Virus record (IMG/VR): IMGVR_UViG_3300026521_000148
Coordinates: 1-64,000 of that record
Origin: a virus
DNA length: 64,000 nucleotides
Reading direction: 5' to 3' (one strand)
Within the stretch, counting starts at the first letter, position 1, and every line of letters starts with the position of its first letter. The position numbers were made by a program, and so were the translations under genes. The notes below the pieces were generated by a model. That model searched no databases and was not told where the DNA came from. It saw nothing but the letters and a program-made list of their open reading frames with translations. Below, piece by piece: positions 60,564 to 64,000 of the stretch.

Positions 60564-61028
60564 CTATATAAGGTTAGTTAAGGCTTTTAGACCTAATGTT
60601 AATAAACTATGCATAGCTGAAACAGCCTTCTCAACAGCTACTGGTTCTAGATGGTATAGTATAGTAAAAAATAAAGTTGTTGTAAAGACAACACTCATAC
60701 CTTTTAAAGCATTCTTATATGTAAAAAGTTTAGCCTCTTTTTCCTCTTTAAGTTTTTCTACCTCTACTAACATTTCTTTGTATTTATTAAGTAGTGCCAT
60801 ATCTAGATCTATGATATGTATAAGTGACCTAACATGATGATGACGTATAGCTTGTAGCTCTGCTGTATAATTGTTAGTTAATAAAATAAGTATCTCTTTA
60901 AGCTCTCTATCTATAGAGTCCATAGCTATAAGTTTATTAACACTAGCATTCTCTTCCGTCCTAGATTCCATTGTTGTATTAAATATGTTTTCTTTTAATT
61001 CAAATAGTTTTTTATTTATATCTTCCAT
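60564..61028 (-). CDS. Hypothetical membrane protein heading the two-component operon
   Basis: Helical N-terminal region with C-terminal TM segment; GGGAG RBS. Confidence 0.7.
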   Translation of the reverse strand: MEDINKKLFELKENIFNTTMESRTEENASVNKLIAMDSIDRELKEILILLTNNYTAELQAIRHHHVRSLIHIIDLDMALLNKYKEMLVEVEKLKEEKEAKLFTYKNALKGMSVVFTTTLFFTILYHLEPVAVEKAVSAMHSLLTLGLKALTNLI

Positions 61029-61102
61029 GGTAACTCCCTATGCGTAAAATCAAATAAATTAAAAGAAAAAACTACTACTAGCCTAACTAGGCTAGTAGTA
61101 TG

Positions 61103-61567
61103 TTAGTTTGCATCGCTGCGTTCATTTTTTTCAGTATTTACTGCTTCTTCATCACCAGGAATACTAGCTGCTTCTGCGGCTGCCTTAGCTAAACCAGCAG
61201 GATTTATCTGTTCCATTTGTTTTTGGAACTCTTCACGTTTTTTACGTTCTTCTTCTGCTTGTTTACGAGACGCTTCAATCTCTTCAGCAGTAGGGAATGC
61301 TTGTTCAATCTTTTCAAACATTTGATCTTCAGTAAGACTATCTGCTAAACTGATAACATTGTTGTAAGCTACTTCTAAACCTTTTGGCGTTTTAGCTAAA
61401 AGAACAACACTTACTTCATGACTTGTAATTGTTTCATCTTTTTCATAATCACAAGTTAAAACATTTTCTTGTACCTGTACTTTAGCGATAAATACATTTT
61501 TATCTTCACCAGCTCTTTCTAAGAACGCTGTTACTTCTTCTAGTGCTTTTTGTTTTACATTTTCCAT
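61103..61567 (-). CDS. Hypothetical acidic/coiled-coil protein
   Basis: 154-aa ORF, RBS, terminator 61073-61100. Confidence 0.75.
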   Translation of the reverse strand: MENVKQKALEEVTAFLERAGEDKNVFIAKVQVQENVLTCDYEKDETITSHEVSVVLLAKTPKGLEVAYNNVISLADSLTEDQMFEKIEQAFPTAEEIEASRKQAEEERKKREEFQKQMEQINPAGLAKAAAEAASIPGDEEAVNTEKNERSDAN

Positions 61568-61655
61568 ATGGGTTTCCTTAAATTTGTTTTACTACTTAGT
61601 AGTTCATAATATACATCTTCCTATAAAAAAGATATACAACTCTATCCATGTTAAC

Positions 61656-61692
61656 ATAGCGATTACTCACTATCTTAATAATATAAGTATAA
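61656..61692 (-). promoter_or_regulatory. Early-promoter-like motif with GNRA-capped hairpin
   Basis: Minus ACTTATATATTATTAAGATAG followed by AUAGUGA-GUAA-UCGCUAU. Confidence 0.55.
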
Positions 61693-61722
61693 AAAATAAT
61701 AGAACTAACAGGTATTAACCTG

Positions 61723-62121
61723 TTAGTCTACTAATGTCGCAATGTTATACATAGCTGCTTCTAGCCCTATACCTATATCACCTATTTTAATATCTCTCCA
61801 ATTATTATCATTATCTTTCCATTGGATAGTTTTATTATAAACAGCATCATAAGCATCATTAAATGCTACCCCACCTCTAACTGCTTCATTAACTTTAAAA
61901 TTAGCTAACGCTAGTATAGAACTCATAAAATTGATACTACCTTCATCAGCATCAAATACATTACCATTAAGTTCTATAGTAGCTGTTCTTATCTTATACT
62001 TTTTCCTAGCTTTACTATTTTCAACAGCAGCTGGTTCTAAGATAGGTGTTATTTTAGCTTTACCATCTATAAACTCCATTCTGTGTCTTAATCTAGCTAG
62101 ATTTAAATCTCTATTTTTCAT
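61723..62121 (-). CDS. DUF4376-like tail fibre assembly/chaperone protein
   Basis: I..NG..FDADE.S...M...I.WKD.DN pattern. Confidence 0.65.
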   Translation of the reverse strand: MKNRDLNLARLRHRMEFIDGKAKITPILEPAAVENSKARKKYKIRTATIELNGNVFDADEGSINFMSSILALANFKVNEAVRGGVAFNDAYDAVYNKTIQWKDNDNNWRDIKIGDIGIGLEAAMYNIATLVD

Positions 62122-62154
62122 AAGTAATCCTTTAAAATCTACGAGTGTTAATAT

Positions 62155-62436
62155 TCACTTCAATTCATTCGCTTGTTGTTCGGGCTGTTTCTTTTTCACA
62201 TAGTTTAATAAGAAATCAGTAACACCTGTATTTCTCAGTAATCTTTCACCGAACCAAAATACAATAATGACTATCATGATATCGCTTAACTTGTCTATAT
62301 AAATATCTGGTAAATCATCGTGTTTAAAAAATGTGTATACATAAAGTATCGTGAATACATATGTTAAAACAGGTCTTATAGACGACTTTAATTTTAATAC
62401 CCAATTAGGACTATAGTTATCTGTATTTAATTCCAT
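62155..62436 (-). CDS. Holin (3TM/GTA-type family)
   Basis: W...L...IRPVLTY...TM...FWFGER pattern. Confidence 0.7.
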   Translation of the reverse strand: MELNTDNYSPNWVLKLKSSIRPVLTYVFTILYVYTFFKHDDLPDIYIDKLSDIMIVIIVFWFGERLLRNTGVTDFLLNYVKKKQPEQQANELK

Positions 62437-62954
62437 GGTAATTTCCTTAGATTTATTAATGGTTTATATTCAGCATATTTAACATTAGGATCTTTATAAA
62501 TAGAAACTAAATTAAATAATAGGTTAGGTGATACACTAGAAGGCTCTAAGTACCACATAGGTTTATAGCCATCTATTTTTAATACGTTACTAGCTACTTC
62601 AGAACAGAACCACATATCACTTCTATCTTTAAACGGTAAAACAAAACCTATTATACCAGCGTAGTCATATTTTTGATCTACTATAGATTCTAGGAATTCA
62701 ACTATTACATCTTGATTATTTATAGGTACATGTACGTAATCGTATCTACTAGCATTTATATCATTTAGTATATGTTCATTTTTAACTACTTTACCCCTAC
62801 CCTCTTTTGCTTCGTAACTAACATATTCACCATTTACTTTTAAAATTATTGCTACATGGCTATAAGGACCATTTGTCCAAGCTGCTATAAGCTTACTTGT
62901 AAAAGCAGTATCATTTACATCGGTTCTTCTAAATCCCAATATCATAGTATCCAT
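62427..62954 (-). CDS. Permuted papain-like (NlpC/P60, YiiX/YebB-type) amidase
   Basis: GPYSHVAI (His), YD..G, WFCSE (Cys), SP..L. Confidence 0.75.
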   Translation of the reverse strand: MDTMILGFRRTDVNDTAFTSKLIAAWTNGPYSHVAIILKVNGEYVSYEAKEGRGKVVKNEHILNDINASRYDYVHVPINNQDVIVEFLESIVDQKYDYAGIIGFVLPFKDRSDMWFCSEVASNVLKIDGYKPMWYLEPSSVSPNLLFNLVSIYKDPNVKYAEYKPLINLRKLPWN

Positions 62955-62956
62955 AT

Positions 62957-63265
62957 CTAACCCCTAAATAATAAAAATAAAACAGTTAACGTTATCATAA
63001 CTGCATTTTTAGATGTATATATGATATCTAATATATCAGGAGTATGTTTACTTTTATTAAAATAGTCATATACCTCTTTACTAGTAGCTACTAATACTAC
63101 TATAACTGTAGCTAAAATAAATATAGTAGCCATAGACATAGTAATAAAGAAAGAAACTAATGTTAACACTATAAGGCTTATAGTATATAAAACATCACCG
63201 TAATACGCATGTAATAACTTATCATTAGGGATAAATTCATTAAGTCTTTTTAAGATCTTCTCCAT
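62957..63265 (-). CDS. Small membrane protein (DK.LH...KE..D...D..D type)
   Basis: NDKLLH, KEVYD, TPDILDIIYT and three hydrophobic segments. Confidence 0.6.
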   Translation of the reverse strand: MEKILKRLNEFIPNDKLLHAYYGDVLYTISLIVLTLVSFFITMSMATIFILATVIVVLVATSKEVYDYFNKSKHTPDILDIIYTSKNAVMITLTVLFLLFRG

Positions 63266-63339
63266 AGGAATCCTTTAATTTTAAATCATATAAATTAAAA
63301 AATAATAGAACATAGTAGGACATCAGTCCTACTATGTTG

Positions 63340-63999
63340 TTATTTGTATTTTCTAACTATACCAGCGATAGCAACTTCTCTTTCATAGAGCTTATCTACT
63401 AATGCAACACCTTCTTCTGCTAATTGATCATCAGCACGTGTTTCGATTTCATTAAATCTTTGAACAGCGTAATCGATAGTAGCTTTTGTAGCTTCAGGTA
63501 GATTAGCTTTAGCGTCATCAGAAGTGATAGCCCATAATGCAGAGATAGCTGAGAATGACAATGAAACCATCTTAGCTAGATCAGCGATAGAGTCTTCATT
63601 GTTACGAACAGTTAGGTCTCTTTCATGCGCTATAAGTTTCTTCTCTTGTTCTCTAGGTAATGAAGTTATCTCGATAGCTGGTTCAGGTCTAACTTCTGTT
63701 GTCTCTTCACCACGGTATGCTAATAACCATTGGTTATCTTTTTCAATAGCTTCCATTCCTTCTACTGCTTGTGTTATTTCACCTTTTTCAACGATAGGTT
63801 GTTTAACGCCATAATCATCGAAAACATATGTAGTTTTGTCAAGAAGCTGTGCTTTTCTTTCATTAAGCTTTTCAATAACAGCTTCGTCTGTAACCGCTTC
63901 TACAGCTGGTTCTATAACAACACCTGTCTCTTCATCGATAACTTCTTCTTTACCAGATAGTTGTAATCCGATATTTTCTAGTTCTTTGTTTAGCTCATA
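63340..63999 (-). CDS. 3' part of a tail-fibre-associated hypothetical protein (5' end beyond window)
   Basis: Frame stays open from 63756 to the window edge (YELNKELENIG...EEVIDEETGVVIEPAVEAV). Confidence 0.65.
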   Translation of the reverse strand, partial: YELNKELENIGLQLSGKEEVIDEETGVVIEPAVEAVTDEAVIEKLNERKAQLLDKTTYVFDDYGVKQPIVEKGEITQAVEGMEAIEKDNQWLLAYRGEETTEVRPEPAIEITSLPREQEKKLIAHERDLTVRNNEDSIADLAKMVSLSFSAISALWAITSDDAKANLPEATKATIDYAVQRFNEIETRADDQLAEEGVALVDKLYEREVAIAGIVRKYK

Positions 64000-64000
64000 T

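Noticed and set aside
57083-61028. Host chromosomal contamination or prophage boundary at the two-component operon
   Set aside because: Phage genes flank both sides, composition and terminator style match, and no integrase or att-like repeat is visible; read-level confirmation is still needed
3080-61692. Repeated TAATAATATATAAG motif as a CRISPR or iteron array
   Set aside because: Copies are dispersed singly upstream of genes, not tandem with spacers; no cas genes seen
63340-63756. 138-aa ORF as a complete gene
   Set aside because: The frame is open to the window edge, so the annotated Met is probably internal

Overview
AT-rich segment of a phiKZ-like jumbo phage genome read in the standard genetic code. 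Core genes: terminase large subunit (3' part), head maturation protease, virion RNA polymerase beta and beta' subunits next to a 2527-aa tail protein with a lysozyme domain (resembling the phiKZ gp175-gp181 block), RuvC, SbcC/Rad50, the N-terminal beta' subunit of the non-virion RNA polymerase (nvRNAP), RNase H, NAD-dependent ligase and class Ia ribonucleotide reductase. Six intervening elements are visible: five group I introns (terminase, virion RNAP beta, and three in nvRNAP beta') and a LAGLIDADG intein in NrdA. Main highlights: (1) the nvRNAP beta' catalytic motif is split over exons as YNMD | FDGD | ELN, with FDGD on a 12-nt micro-exon (38157-38168) between two introns; (2) an apparent phage operon encodes a receiver protein, a membrane histidine kinase, a Cys-rich exported protein and an outer-membrane beta-barrel (57083-61028); (3) two candidate structured ncRNAs (about 7008-7178 and 15328-15672); (4) a repeated early-promoter-like motif coupled to a small hairpin; (5) the introns share near-identical blocks in a mosaic pattern. 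All homology calls come from motif recognition by eye; no database search was run.
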